Shown here: positions 47,729-57,258 of the stretch, piece after piece
Layout: each line of letters starts with the position of its first letter
Numbering within the stretch: position 1 is the stretch's first letter
Assembly (NCBI GenBank): GCA_029259175.1
Contig: JAPDJH010000004.1
Coordinates: 1-64,000, forward strand
DNA length: 64,000 nt
Source of the DNA: Hadesarchaea archaeon
Lineage (GTDB): Archaea > Hadarchaeota > Hadarchaeia > Hadarchaeales > Hadarchaeaceae
Reading direction: 5' to 3'
Program-made: the position numbers and the translations under genes
The notes under the pieces: generated by a model
Database searches by the model: none
What the model was told of the DNA's origin: nothing
The model's input: the letters and a program-made list of their open reading frames with translations, nothing else

Positions 47729-49938
47729 GTGATCACCGAATGATTTACTTTGTAAATCCTAACATATTGGTTCGAACTGGTAAAGACTTCATCCAAGAAA
47801 TCAATGCCCCCCACGTCACGGATGGCCACCGGCAGCTCACGGTTCGAGACCTCGGCGGAAACCCCCTCGACCAGTTTGGCTTGGGTCACCTGATTGTTAT
47901 TCACGAAGACCAGCAGGGTTTCGTCGATGGCGGGGGATGAGGGCGAATAGAACTGAGCAGAGTAGTCAAAGCGGCGGCCTCCGATCAAAGACGGGTTATA
48001 GAAGAGAAATGCAAATCCGTCCAGTTCTTGCTGGGAGCCTCCCGACTCCACGTACGCGCGGCCAGCATTCTGGTCGACTACCACTCGCTCACGGCCGGAA
48101 CCGAAGTTGAAAACCAGTTTGTTTCCTTCCTGCGTGATGCTAGTGGTGCTCCGGAGCTCCGGTGAACCCAAAAGGATCGGAACAGGTTCCCAGTACTGAT
48201 AGTACTTGTAGGCGTTGGAGATCTCGTCTATGGTGAACAAAATATAGTCGATGCACACACCATACTCATCGCGATAGGTCTTCAGGTACCATCGCAGCTC
48301 GTTCTCGGTTGAGTAGGGGAAGAACTGAATGTCTGGTCTGCGTCCGTTCACCGTGTACGCGCGCGCGCCCTCGTTGACCCCGTACATGTAAGCTCGGCCG
48401 TTTTTGACATAGTAAATGTAATCCGGCGGGCGAGGCGTGAAAGATGGGTTGTTCTCCCATGTCCCCTCTTGGGCTGTGACCTCAGTTCCGTCCACAACAG
48501 TCATGCGATCGGTCGCGCCAGTTAAGAGGTGGCCAAAAGACCATTGAATCGAGATAATATCGTTTTCAGATGTGTTGGTCTGAATCCAGTCGAAAGCCTC
48601 CATGAGAGCGGGATCAAGACCAATTCCGTGCCATTCAGTTGGAGGGGTGGTAACACGGGCAGCGGAGACCGCATTGTAAAAAAACGCGGCAGAGAAGAAG
48701 AGAACCACCACCAACACCAGCAAAGGGCGCTGAAAGCTTTTCAGCCATTCCCAGTTGGGATCGAAGCTCAGATCTCTGAGCCACCGAACAATGGTCGCTG
48801 CCCCCAGTCCAGCCATAACGGGGACGAAAGGCCACCACACACGCTCAAAACGGGCTTGTCCCTTGCCCGGCCATATGAGTGCCAATAAGACGATAAGGGT
48901 GGCCAGCAACAATAAATGGGGTCTCTGCCGCTTCCAGATACACAGAATCAAGGTCACTCCGACGAAGAGGAGAACAATGTTTGTGATTAATGGATCTCGG
49001 TAAAAAGATCCTATCACGTCGTTCAGAGAAGAAGGAGCCTGCATCTCCGACGCGTAACGGGGAAAGGCGATCCCCGCTCCCCCGCCGAGCGGAATTCCCA
49101 GATATCCGAGCATGGTGGTGGAAAAACCAATCCAAAAGTTAGGAGAAAGCCCTGTGAGCCCACAGTAGACAATCGTGGCTATCACCAAAACCGCGATACA
49201 CCCTAAGAGAAACTGAAAGTGGGTTTTAATCGCGTGATAGGCTGCACCATAGAGGTCGTCAAAGCGTTTCATCAACTTGCCTCCAAAAGCTAGTAAAAGC
49301 ACGAAAATTATCCCTAGCGCCAACGCAGCTGTGATATAGAGCGCCCCCGTCCAGCAGAAAAGGAACAATCCCATGAGAAGACCGGCCAGCAGGGTATCTC
49401 GCGCTAGCGTTTCTCGGTTGGTCTTGAACAAGCGGACTAATCCGTAGAAAGTCCACGAAGCGAACAGGGTTATGGTCGGCTCACGGTCAAATGCCCCGAT
49501 CTTGTGCCAATAGATAGTGGAGACCATGGTGGCCATAAAGAAGACCGCAAAAATGCCGGCCGCGCGCCCGCCGAGTTCTCGAGCCGTCAGATAGACAGGG
49601 ATGAGGGTCAAGCAAAAAAGAAAGGGACCGTAAAATCTAACTACATCCATTAAAGAAACGGAAGGCGACAGTGCATGAACTCCCCGATAAATCATCACGG
49701 CAAGCAGGGGTTGAAGCTGCTGAGGCTCGAACTTCCATCCATACGGGGCGTGCGACCAAGGATTGGTCTCTGCCAGCCCATTGGTTGAGTTGATTACCTT
49801 GGCCTCATCATATACCCAGCCACTGTCGGAGGTCGTGAGAGTGTCATAGCGCTCACCCGGTATAGACACTATTGAGAACGAGAGCCACATCATCGCAAGT
49901 AGATAGACAACTATTGCCCATTTCCAATATCTGCCCAT
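47725..49938 (-). CDS. aglB: STT3/AglB-like oligosaccharyltransferase with divergent WWDYG motif
   Basis: Multi-TM N-terminus with SDSG, APYG, FDRE, SEMQAP; soluble domain WIQTNT...ISIQWSFGH...R.TVVDG. Confidence 0.75.
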   Translation of the reverse strand: MGRYWKWAIVVYLLAMMWLSFSIVSIPGERYDTLTTSDSGWVYDEAKVINSTNGLAETNPWSHAPYGWKFEPQQLQPLLAVMIYRGVHALSPSVSLMDVVRFYGPFLFCLTLIPVYLTARELGGRAAGIFAVFFMATMVSTIYWHKIGAFDREPTITLFASWTFYGLVRLFKTNRETLARDTLLAGLLMGLFLFCWTGALYITAALALGIIFVLLLAFGGKLMKRFDDLYGAAYHAIKTHFQFLLGCIAVLVIATIVYCGLTGLSPNFWIGFSTTMLGYLGIPLGGGAGIAFPRYASEMQAPSSLNDVIGSFYRDPLITNIVLLFVGVTLILCIWKRQRPHLLLLATLIVLLALIWPGKGQARFERVWWPFVPVMAGLGAATIVRWLRDLSFDPNWEWLKSFQRPLLVLVVVLFFSAAFFYNAVSAARVTTPPTEWHGIGLDPALMEAFDWIQTNTSENDIISIQWSFGHLLTGATDRMTVVDGTEVTAQEGTWENNPSFTPRPPDYIYYVKNGRAYMYGVNEGARAYTVNGRRPDIQFFPYSTENELRWYLKTYRDEYGVCIDYILFTIDEISNAYKYYQYWEPVPILLGSPELRSTTSITQEGNKLVFNFGSGRERVVVDQNAGRAYVESGGSQQELDGFAFLFYNPSLIGGRRFDYSAQFYSPSSPAIDETLLVFVNNNQVTQAKLVEGVSAEVSNRELPVAIRDVGGIDFLDEVFTSSNQYVRIYKVNHSVIT

Positions 49939-49986
49939 GTATACCCTTTAAAATGAAGCGCAGAAGGTTTAAGAATGTGTAGAAGC

Positions 49987-50262
49987 CTACTTCTTTTTCT
50001 TCTTTTCCTCTTTGGGGCTCTCCGTAACTGGTGCCACTTCTTTCGTGGTTGCCATGATCCACCCGAGCCAGACGCCGAGCGCTGAAACCACCCATACACC
50101 TACCGCCACAGGAATAACGATGAACCAAGACGAAGTCGTCGCGTACTCGAAGAGACCAAAGTTAAGCCAACCGAGTTTTGCCAGCACGAAGCCCACGTAC
50201 AACGCGAACACGATGGCCCCGACAACACAGAGCACTGCACCAAGGGCTCTTGTCTTTCCCAA
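49987..50262 (-). CDS. Small 2-TM membrane protein with Lys-rich tail
   Basis: Two TM helices, WLGWIMATT, KKKKK end; upstream of aglB. Confidence 0.7.
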   Translation of the reverse strand: MGKTRALGAVLCVVGAIVFALYVGFVLAKLGWLNFGLFEYATTSSWFIVIPVAVGVWVVSALGVWLGWIMATTKEVAPVTESPKEEKKKKK

Positions 50263-50331
50263 ACACTCACCCCCTTATCTCTCACAAAACCGCTTAAAAA
50301 GATTTTTCTCGCCAGTTCACAATTAATTTGT

Positions 50332-50409
50332 GGGCCCGTAGCCTAGCCAGGATAGGGCGTCGGCCTTCTAAGCCGAAGGTCGTGGGTTCGAATCCCACCG
50401 GGCCCGCCA
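50332..50409 (+). tRNA. tRNA-Arg(TCT), CCA encoded, no intron
   Basis: Acceptor GGGCCCG/CGGGCCC-G-CCA, anticodon arm TCGGC-CTTCTAA-GCCGA, T-loop GGTTCGAATCC. Confidence 0.97.
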
Positions 50410-50566
50410 ACTAACTTATTTTTGCGATCCTCCTCTCTCAGTGGCCGAACAAAAACCAAGCCGCAAATTTTTACTGAAAATTCTCACGCTCTGCATTTTT
50501 CCACATGAGCCTGAGCCCCTCGCGCAAATAGTATGTCACAAGCCAAAATCACGCTGAACCCTGCTC

Positions 50567-51382
50567 TCACAGCACCCACGTCTTGATTAGTGTGTACAGA
50601 CCGAGTGCGATTACCAACACACCTAGACCTGTTTTTATCCTCCGCTCAGATCTAAATTTAGCGGTAATGCGTGGCCCTACCCATCCTCCTACTGTCGCTC
50701 CAACGAGCAGAGGCATGAGTAAGTTGCTACTCGGTATGCCCTTTGTGAGCACGTAAGTGGCAAATCCGGTAAGACAGATGGGTATCTCAGACGAGGTGGT
50801 CGCCCCAATGGTCTCCTTCGACCTCCTGCCAGCGATCAGCTGGCCGGTGGTGACCACTGGACCAAACCCTCCGCCCGAAATTCCCTTGTTGAACGCGCTC
50901 AGAACGCCTACCCCGAAGATCTTCTTCCAAGAGAAGCCGAATACACTCCTCGAGAGCAGTACAACTCCCATGACGATAACCAGCACGCCTATGTAGGTCT
51001 TGAGCGCGGTCTTCGGGATACTCACGGCCGTTAGGGCCCCCACACACGTTGCCAGCACGCCAGCCGCTGAGATAATAAAGACCACTTTCAAATCCCTGCT
51101 TAGACTTCGCTTAAAAGTCTCGATGTACCCCAGCTCTGCCAGCCTCTGCCTAATATTTTTCTCTACCCTGTACTCCACATGCCCGAGCTTGTGATGTTTC
51201 ACACTCGCAATGAACCCTCCAATTGCCTGTGAGAGCAAGATGGAGGGAATAACTGCAACCGGATTGTATCCCGCAGTTATGAGGGCTGGTGATAGAATGG
51301 TCCCGTAAAGCATTCCTAGGGACGAGTCAATGATTTCGCACCCGCACGCCAGCGCCGCCAACAAAAGAAGGCCCGAATCCAT
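50567..51382 (-). CDS. TauE/SafE family sulfite exporter
   Basis: DSSLGMLYG, KGISGGGFGP; multi-TM; start ATG 51382. Confidence 0.9.
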   Translation of the reverse strand: MDSGLLLLAALACGCEIIDSSLGMLYGTILSPALITAGYNPVAVIPSILLSQAIGGFIASVKHHKLGHVEYRVEKNIRQRLAELGYIETFKRSLSRDLKVVFIISAAGVLATCVGALTAVSIPKTALKTYIGVLVIVMGVVLLSRSVFGFSWKKIFGVGVLSAFNKGISGGGFGPVVTTGQLIAGRRSKETIGATTSSEIPICLTGFATYVLTKGIPSSNLLMPLLVGATVGGWVGPRITAKFRSERRIKTGLGVLVIALGLYTLIKTWVL

Positions 51383-51393
51383 TCTTTTACCCC

Positions 51394-52182
51394 TCAACTC
51401 TTGGTCCTTAGGAACTCTTTTTCCAGCACTCTGAAGACATCTTGAGGCTGCTCTATTTCCTCCTCCACGTTCACCGTGATGAGAACCGCTCGCTCGAGGT
51501 GGTCTCCCTTCAGCTCCCCGTAGGGAGTTCGCTTGGGGAGGGTCTGCACCTTGGCCTCGCCGAACGAGCAGAACCCGTGATCGGAAATCAAAATGAGCTT
51601 GTTGGTCTCGCTCGGCAGAAAGCCAGTATCCCACACGAGCTCCCCAATTTTCTCGTCTAGTTTTTTGTACCACTCTAGAACCACGGGTTCGCCCCAGTGG
51701 AAATGCTGAACTCTATCCAGCAGCGTGAACACCGAAATCAGAAGATCTGGCTTCCAAGTCAGCAGCTCCTTCGTTGTTTCGGTGACCCGCTCGAGTTCCT
51801 CCTCCCATTCCTTTTCGTTGCTGGGCAGGCCGAAACCCACCGGCCTGAAATCCACGTTGAAGGAGTAGGGCGGCACCACAAACGGGACGTTCAAAACTCG
51901 AACATCTATCTTGTCCTTCAAAATATCCCAGATGAACTTTACGGGGATATCTTCTCTTTTTACTATCTTGCCATCTTTTGTAAACTCCAAGTGTCCGTGC
52001 TCCTCAACGGTCTTTCCAGAAAACATCCCGCACCAGATCGCTGCAGAAATTGGTTTTTCTCTGAGCACGATTTCTTTTGCCTTCCCTGCTTGGATAAGCC
52101 TCGCAAAATTCTTCAAAACTTTTAGATTTGGGCGAATAACGTTCCAGCTTGCTCCGTCGATGCCTAAAACGAAAAACGTCAA
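51394..52182 (-). CDS. Alkaline phosphatase superfamily (nucleotide pyrophosphatase/phosphodiesterase-like) protein
   Basis: LGIDGA, ISAAIW...SG, DRVQH, SDHGF, GDH. Confidence 0.88.
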   Translation of the reverse strand: MTFFVLGIDGASWNVIRPNLKVLKNFARLIQAGKAKEIVLREKPISAAIWCGMFSGKTVEEHGHLEFTKDGKIVKREDIPVKFIWDILKDKIDVRVLNVPFVVPPYSFNVDFRPVGFGLPSNEKEWEEELERVTETTKELLTWKPDLLISVFTLLDRVQHFHWGEPVVLEWYKKLDEKIGELVWDTGFLPSETNKLILISDHGFCSFGEAKVQTLPKRTPYGELKGDHLERAVLITVNVEEEIEQPQDVFRVLEKEFLRTKS

Positions 52183-53405
52183 CTCGATACCTCCAAGGCC
52201 ACTCCTGCCCCGATATTTTTTCCATTTTTCATTATGACGAATCTACCAAGTTCTGGAATATCTGGATACCGCTCCACCACCATAGGTTCACGGAGAGATA
52301 GTACCATTAGTGCTGCTTCGTTTATGTCAACGACAGAGGGCTGTTTTTCAACAATCGCCCCGGTTTCTGTGTCGATTTTCTCAAGAATGTTCTGCACCCG
52401 CGCTGGCACGGCCGCAGTACCACACTTGACCACTATTGTTTCGTTCTTTCTCAGACGATCGAGCAGGAGAACCACTTCTCCTTTTATCTCTGTAACTTTT
52501 TTAGGTGGCGACTCCGCAAGACCGAACACTTCACCTCTCCGCGGAATTACGCTACTTATTACTCCCACGCACTCGCCTGGCTTGGCTTCGCTCCGCTCGC
52601 CTTCGTACACGCGGATTTGCTGAACTATTGCCGGTCTTCCCGAAGGCTCGAAAACCCCTTTCGCCCCTTTTCTCAGCACGCCGCTTTCCACTCGTCCAAC
52701 AACAATTTTTTCTCCATCCACCTCATACACGTCCTGCACAACAAATCTCAACGGTTTGTCCAATTCCCTGCTTTTTATCGGAATAGCATCCAGTGCCTCG
52801 ATCAGGGTCTTCTTCGCCCAAGGCATCTTAGTAGAGCGGCGGTAAACATTCTCTCCTTCTATGGCGGAGATCGGCACGAAACTTATCTTGTCCAAATCAA
52901 ACCCTAGGGAATCTAAAAATTCCTTCATCGCGTTGTGGATCCTTTCAAACGGTTCTTTTTGATATCTTACAGCATCCATCTTGTTTACGGCGACCACCAA
53001 GTGTTCGATTCCGAGTAGTTTGAGCAGAAACACGTGTCTGCGGGTCTGCTCCTCTATCCCTTCCTGCGCTGACACTATTACGATCGCCGCGTCTGCTTGA
53101 GAAGCACCAGTTAGCATGTTTTTGAGAAACTCTTTGTGACCTGGAGAGTCGATAATAGTGTAAAGACGATTCTTACCTTTGAAAAACACCCGTGTAGACT
53201 CTATGGTCATCTGTTCTTTTCGCTCTTCTTCGAGCGCATCTAGGAAATAAGCGAACTCGAATCTCCGTTTCAGCTCCTCAGCATATTTTTGAATCTCCTC
53301 TACACGATCGTCGGTGACACTCTCACCATCATATAGCAAGCGTCCTATAGTGGTGGATTTCCCGTGATCCACATGACCAACGAAAACCACGTTGACGCTC
53401 TCCAT
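52179..53405 (-). CDS. cysN: Sulfate adenylyltransferase large (GTPase) subunit
   Basis: GHVDHGKST, DSPGH, NKMD, ISA; downstream of cysD. Confidence 0.85.
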   Translation of the reverse strand: MESVNVVFVGHVDHGKSTTIGRLLYDGESVTDDRVEEIQKYAEELKRRFEFAYFLDALEEERKEQMTIESTRVFFKGKNRLYTIIDSPGHKEFLKNMLTGASQADAAIVIVSAQEGIEEQTRRHVFLLKLLGIEHLVVAVNKMDAVRYQKEPFERIHNAMKEFLDSLGFDLDKISFVPISAIEGENVYRRSTKMPWAKKTLIEALDAIPIKSRELDKPLRFVVQDVYEVDGEKIVVGRVESGVLRKGAKGVFEPSGRPAIVQQIRVYEGERSEAKPGECVGVISSVIPRRGEVFGLAESPPKKVTEIKGEVVLLLDRLRKNETIVVKCGTAAVPARVQNILEKIDTETGAIVEKQPSVVDINEAALMVLSLREPMVVERYPDIPELGRFVIMKNGKNIGAGVALEVSS

Positions 53406-53416
53406 TACCGTCCCGC

Positions 53417-54226
53417 CTACATGTATCCAAGCGCCCGGAGTTTCTGCATCATGAAAGCCTGTTCTTTATCCTGTGCTCGTCCGGCCCGCTCAGCGGTTTT
53501 GGTTCGCTCCAATTCCTCAATGATCTTGTCAATCGTGTCGGCGTTAGAATCGATTGGATTCGTGCATGGCATGCAACCCAAACTTCTGTATCTCTTCCCG
53601 TTTCGAGCAAAATACATGGGGTTAACAGGGATGCCCTCACGTTTTATGTAGCGCCAAATATCGATCTCCCGCCAGTGGAGCATCGGGTGCACACGTGTGT
53701 GGGTGGCCTCTTCTGAGGCCTTTTCATACTGATCCCACATCTCCAACGGTTGATCGCGATAGTCCCATCGGAAGTTGGCATCGCGGAGGCTGAAATACCT
53801 CTCCTTTGCCCGGATACCGTGCTCGTCTCTTCGGATTGCCAAAAGGAGGGCATCGAATCCGTGTTTTTTCATTGCTATCTGAAGAGCCTGCGTTTTGAGA
53901 GCAGTACAACAAGCAAGCTTTCCCTTTTCGGGACCCATTCCACTCTTCAACGCCTCTTCGTTCCGAGCAATTATCAAATTTAGCCCCCATTTTCTCACCC
54001 ACTTGTCCCTGAACTCGTACATCTCTGGAAACTTCCGCCCCGTGTCAATATGGATGACCGGAAATGGCACTTTTCCATAGAAAGCCTTGCGACACAGCCA
54101 GAGGAGAGTGGTAGAGTCCTTTCCCATACTCCAGAGCATGGCTGGTTTCTTGAACTGCGCTTTTGCTTCCCTAATGATGTAGATACTCTGATTCTCGAGC
54201 TGATCTAGATAATCCCCCACGCACAT
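53417..54226 (-). CDS. cysD: Sulfate adenylyltransferase small subunit
   Basis: LENQSIYIIRE, SMGKDS, RRDE...RAKER, YRSLGC.PCT, ERAGRAQD. Confidence 0.95.
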   Translation of the reverse strand: MCVGDYLDQLENQSIYIIREAKAQFKKPAMLWSMGKDSTTLLWLCRKAFYGKVPFPVIHIDTGRKFPEMYEFRDKWVRKWGLNLIIARNEEALKSGMGPEKGKLACCTALKTQALQIAMKKHGFDALLLAIRRDEHGIRAKERYFSLRDANFRWDYRDQPLEMWDQYEKASEEATHTRVHPMLHWREIDIWRYIKREGIPVNPMYFARNGKRYRSLGCMPCTNPIDSNADTIDKIIEELERTKTAERAGRAQDKEQAFMMQKLRALGYM

Positions 54227-54450
54227 CACCTCAGATATCCCAGCGCCCGCAAGCGGCGTCTGATTTTTTCTGCATCTTCTCTGGCAAACGGCATCTCACC
54301 GCTTTCATGAGCTTCCACAAGCACTTCCCGTAGCAGATATCCCACATAACTGGAAACCGAAGGGAATCCGGTATTCTCTATCTGCTTTTTTATTTTCTCG
54401 AACAGCTGCACCGGAATAGATACGGTTGTGAATTTTTTCCTTCTCGGCAT
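54226..54450 (-). CDS. Ribbon-helix-helix (CopG-like) regulator
   Basis: FTTVSIP..LFEKIKK.....GFPSVSSYV; ends RLRALGYLR. Confidence 0.85.
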   Translation of the reverse strand: MPRRKKFTTVSIPVQLFEKIKKQIENTGFPSVSSYVGYLLREVLVEAHESGEMPFAREDAEKIRRRLRALGYLR

Positions 54451-54505
54451 CTTCTCAATTTAATTATATGTGATTACACTATAAAAATTCTCCCCATCTG
54501 GGAAA

Positions 54506-54709
54506 CTAGCGTAAATACCCAAGGGCTCGTAGTCTTTCCTTTATTTTTTCTTCATCCGTCGCTTTTTTTTCTATAGTTTTTTCAATGATTCTCCGAACAT
54601 ATTCTTCTACTGAACGAATGCCCTCATTTCTAGCGCGCATCTTCAGCTCTTCATATAAAAATTTTGGAACCTTTATCGTTATTACCATAGTTTTGTTTTT
54701 TCGAAACAT
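54506..54709 (-). CDS. Second RHH (CopG-like) regulator
   Basis: ITIKVPKFLYEELK...GIRSVEEYV; ends RLRALGYLR. Confidence 0.75.
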   Translation of the reverse strand: MFRKNKTMVITIKVPKFLYEELKMRARNEGIRSVEEYVRRIIEKTIEKKATDEEKIKERLRALGYLR

Positions 54710-54782
54710 TTGATCCTACTCTTTCCACCGTTGAGGAAAATAAAAGCTTTTTCGTAGGCATGATGTTTAAATTAGGACGCTG

Positions 54783-56342
54783 ATGAGAGAAAGTTACGCA
54801 AAATACATAGTCAAAGGTGGTTCGGCTGTTTTCCTAGCGTTAATAATAAGCCAAATTTTAGCATTCGGGATTCGGGTATTTCTCGCTAGACCACTTCTTC
54901 AGCAAGACCTAAGCGCAGGAGTCCCAGAGGGATATCACTTTGGATTAGTATACGGAACTCTCGCATTTATTTCGCTTTTTCCCCTTTTCAGAAATATAGG
55001 CATACCAACTGCACTAATAAAATATGTTTCCCAGTACTTTACGCAAAGAAGATTCAAACAAATAAAATCATTGTTTTTCTCTGCTCTCACGCTTCAACTT
55101 TCATTGTCAATTTTAATAGCAATACTGATAATAGTTTTCGCCGAACAAGTCGCGTTTAATGTCTTCAAAAGCCCAGAAGCCACATTATTGATCCAAATAC
55201 TCGCGCTTTGGTTGATTGGAGACTCGGTCTTCACAGTGATATTAAGCTCATTTCAAGGCCTTAAAAACATGCTTACTTACTCCATTATTCGATGTTTACA
55301 TTCCTTTTTACTTCTGGCTCTCATGATAGCATTTGTAGGATTTTTAGACTTGGGCGCATTGGGTGCGATTATCGCATACACAGTCAATGTGATTTTTGTC
55401 TCAATATTTGGGATGTTCAAATTGTTCAAAAGTTATCCTAAAATCTTCAAAAAAATAAAACCTCAGATCTCCATGCACTCTGCCAAAATCTTAGTAAGTT
55501 TTGGTATTCCGGTCTTTTTGGGATCTATAGCCAGCATGATTCTAACCTCGATGGACACAATCATGATCGCCTTCTTTAGAACCCTGCCTGAAGTAGGACT
55601 CTACCAGGCAGCACAGCCCACGGCCAAATTTTTATGGTATTTTCCAATGACTTTGAGTGTTTTGACTTTACCAATGTTTTCCGAGATATGGGCACGCAGA
55701 GATAAAAAACTATTACAAAATGTTCTCTACATATTAACTCGCTTCTCCTTTTTTCTGATTATTCCTGCATGTTTTCTTTTCATCGCTTTTCCTGGCGAAA
55801 TTTTGCGAATATTGTTTGGTGAAGAATACGTGGCCGGTGCCACGGTACTCCAAATATTGGCTGTGGCCGCAATTATCTATACTGTGTATAGCATATTGGG
55901 TCAAACGATTATAGGAATTGGAAAACCTATTGTAGGCTCGATTACTGTTGCGATAATGGCAGTAATAAACTTGATTCTTAACATTTTGCTTATCCCTTCA
56001 TCGGGCATTGTTGGTGCTGCGCTTGCAAGTCTTTTTGCTTACATGATTGGTTTCATTTTCCTGTTTAACTATTTGCAAAAATTAATGAAATTCCAAATTT
56101 TGGACATTTCAATTTTCAAGATGGCCGTTGGCGGTGTTTTGACTCTTTTGATTATCTTTGTGCTGAAATCATTTCTAAATTTTCAACCATTAGTTGAAGC
56201 CGCTGTTTTATTGATTTTAGGTACCGCAATTTATCTTCTATGGACATTGAAAACCAATGCAATAACCCAAAGCGATCTCCTAATGATAAAAAATGTAGCA
56301 CCAATACCTAAATGGATACTGAAAATCGCCAAGCGCAAGTAG
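54783..56342 (+). CDS. Oligosaccharide flippase (Wzx/MOP family)
   Basis: About 14 TM, DTIMI...EVGLY.AA, FGEEY, LNILLIP..GIVGAALAS. Confidence 0.9.
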   Translation: MRESYAKYIVKGGSAVFLALIISQILAFGIRVFLARPLLQQDLSAGVPEGYHFGLVYGTLAFISLFPLFRNIGIPTALIKYVSQYFTQRRFKQIKSLFFSALTLQLSLSILIAILIIVFAEQVAFNVFKSPEATLLIQILALWLIGDSVFTVILSSFQGLKNMLTYSIIRCLHSFLLLALMIAFVGFLDLGALGAIIAYTVNVIFVSIFGMFKLFKSYPKIFKKIKPQISMHSAKILVSFGIPVFLGSIASMILTSMDTIMIAFFRTLPEVGLYQAAQPTAKFLWYFPMTLSVLTLPMFSEIWARRDKKLLQNVLYILTRFSFFLIIPACFLFIAFPGEILRILFGEEYVAGATVLQILAVAAIIYTVYSILGQTIIGIGKPIVGSITVAIMAVINLILNILLIPSSGIVGAALASLFAYMIGFIFLFNYLQKLMKFQILDISIFKMAVGGVLTLLIIFVLKSFLNFQPLVEAAVLLILGTAIYLLWTLKTNAITQSDLLMIKNVAPIPKWILKIAKRK

Positions 56343-56376
56343 TTTTTAGTATCTTATCGAAAATGATGGTGGAATC

Positions 56377-57258
56377 ATGAGAATATGTATCGTGGGTGGG
56401 GGCACCGTAGGAAGCGCGGTTGGTATGGGACTTGCAAAATTGGGACACGAAATAGTGTTTTATGATGTCGAAGAGCAAAAAACACGAGAGCTTAATAAAA
56501 AAGGATTTAGAGCTACCACAAACTTTGAAGAAGCTATTCAGAACACAAATATGTCGTTCATATGTGTTCCCACCCCCACTATCCGGGGAAAAATTTGTCT
56601 ATCTCACGTTAAGGACTCTATCAAAAAAATCGCCAATTTTCTGAAACATCATGATAAGTATTACCTCGTCGTCATTAAGAGCACAGTACTTCCAATGACA
56701 ACGGAAAAGGTTATAATTCCGCTCATAGAGAAGATTTCGAAAAAGAAAGTTGGTAAAGATTTTGGTGTGTGCGTAAATCCAGAATTTCTAACAGAGTCTC
56801 ACAAAAGTTGGACTAAAAACAGGCGTTTTGCAAGGGATTTTTTCAGCGAAGACAGGATAGTTATCGGTGAATCCGATAAAAAAGCGGGAAACGTTCTCGT
56901 ACGACTGTATAAACCACTGCGAATCCCTATCATTAGAACCGATTTGCGAACGGCAGAGACTATAAAATATGCTTGTAACTGTGCGCTAGCCTGCAGGATC
57001 TCCTATTGGAACGAAATATATTATGTGTGCAAAAACATTGGCGTAGACTCTCATTTTGTGGCTCGTGTAGCAGCCATGGACGAAAGAATAGGCGTCTATG
57101 GAACCGTGCATGGTAAGGCCTTCGGTGGAAAATGTTTGCCAAAAGATTTGAAAGCCTTTATAGCATTTTGTAAAGAGATCGGTTATAGACCACGACTCTT
57201 AGAGGCTGTCGACTTAATCAATGAAAAAATCAGAAAAGAAGAGGGGATAAGAGAGTGA
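56377..57258 (+). CDS. UDP-glucose/GDP-mannose dehydrogenase family (lacks C-terminal domain)
   Basis: GGGTVG, ICVPTP, KSTV, NPEFL, AETIKY..N, FGGKCLPKD. Confidence 0.88.
   Translation: MRICIVGGGTVGSAVGMGLAKLGHEIVFYDVEEQKTRELNKKGFRATTNFEEAIQNTNMSFICVPTPTIRGKICLSHVKDSIKKIANFLKHHDKYYLVVIKSTVLPMTTEKVIIPLIEKISKKKVGKDFGVCVNPEFLTESHKSWTKNRRFARDFFSEDRIVIGESDKKAGNVLVRLYKPLRIPIIRTDLRTAETIKYACNCALACRISYWNEIYYVCKNIGVDSHFVARVAAMDERIGVYGTVHGKAFGGKCLPKDLKAFIAFCKEIGYRPRLLEAVDLINEKIRKEEGIRE

Noticed and set aside
50332-50566. Integrated element att site at tRNA-Arg
   Set aside because: No integrase and no duplicated tRNA 3' end seen within the window
52179-53405. Elongation factor EF-1alpha
   Set aside because: GTPase motifs are similar, but it directly follows cysD and lacks the typical aEF1A ERERG.TI and FAIRDMG signatures; called CysN
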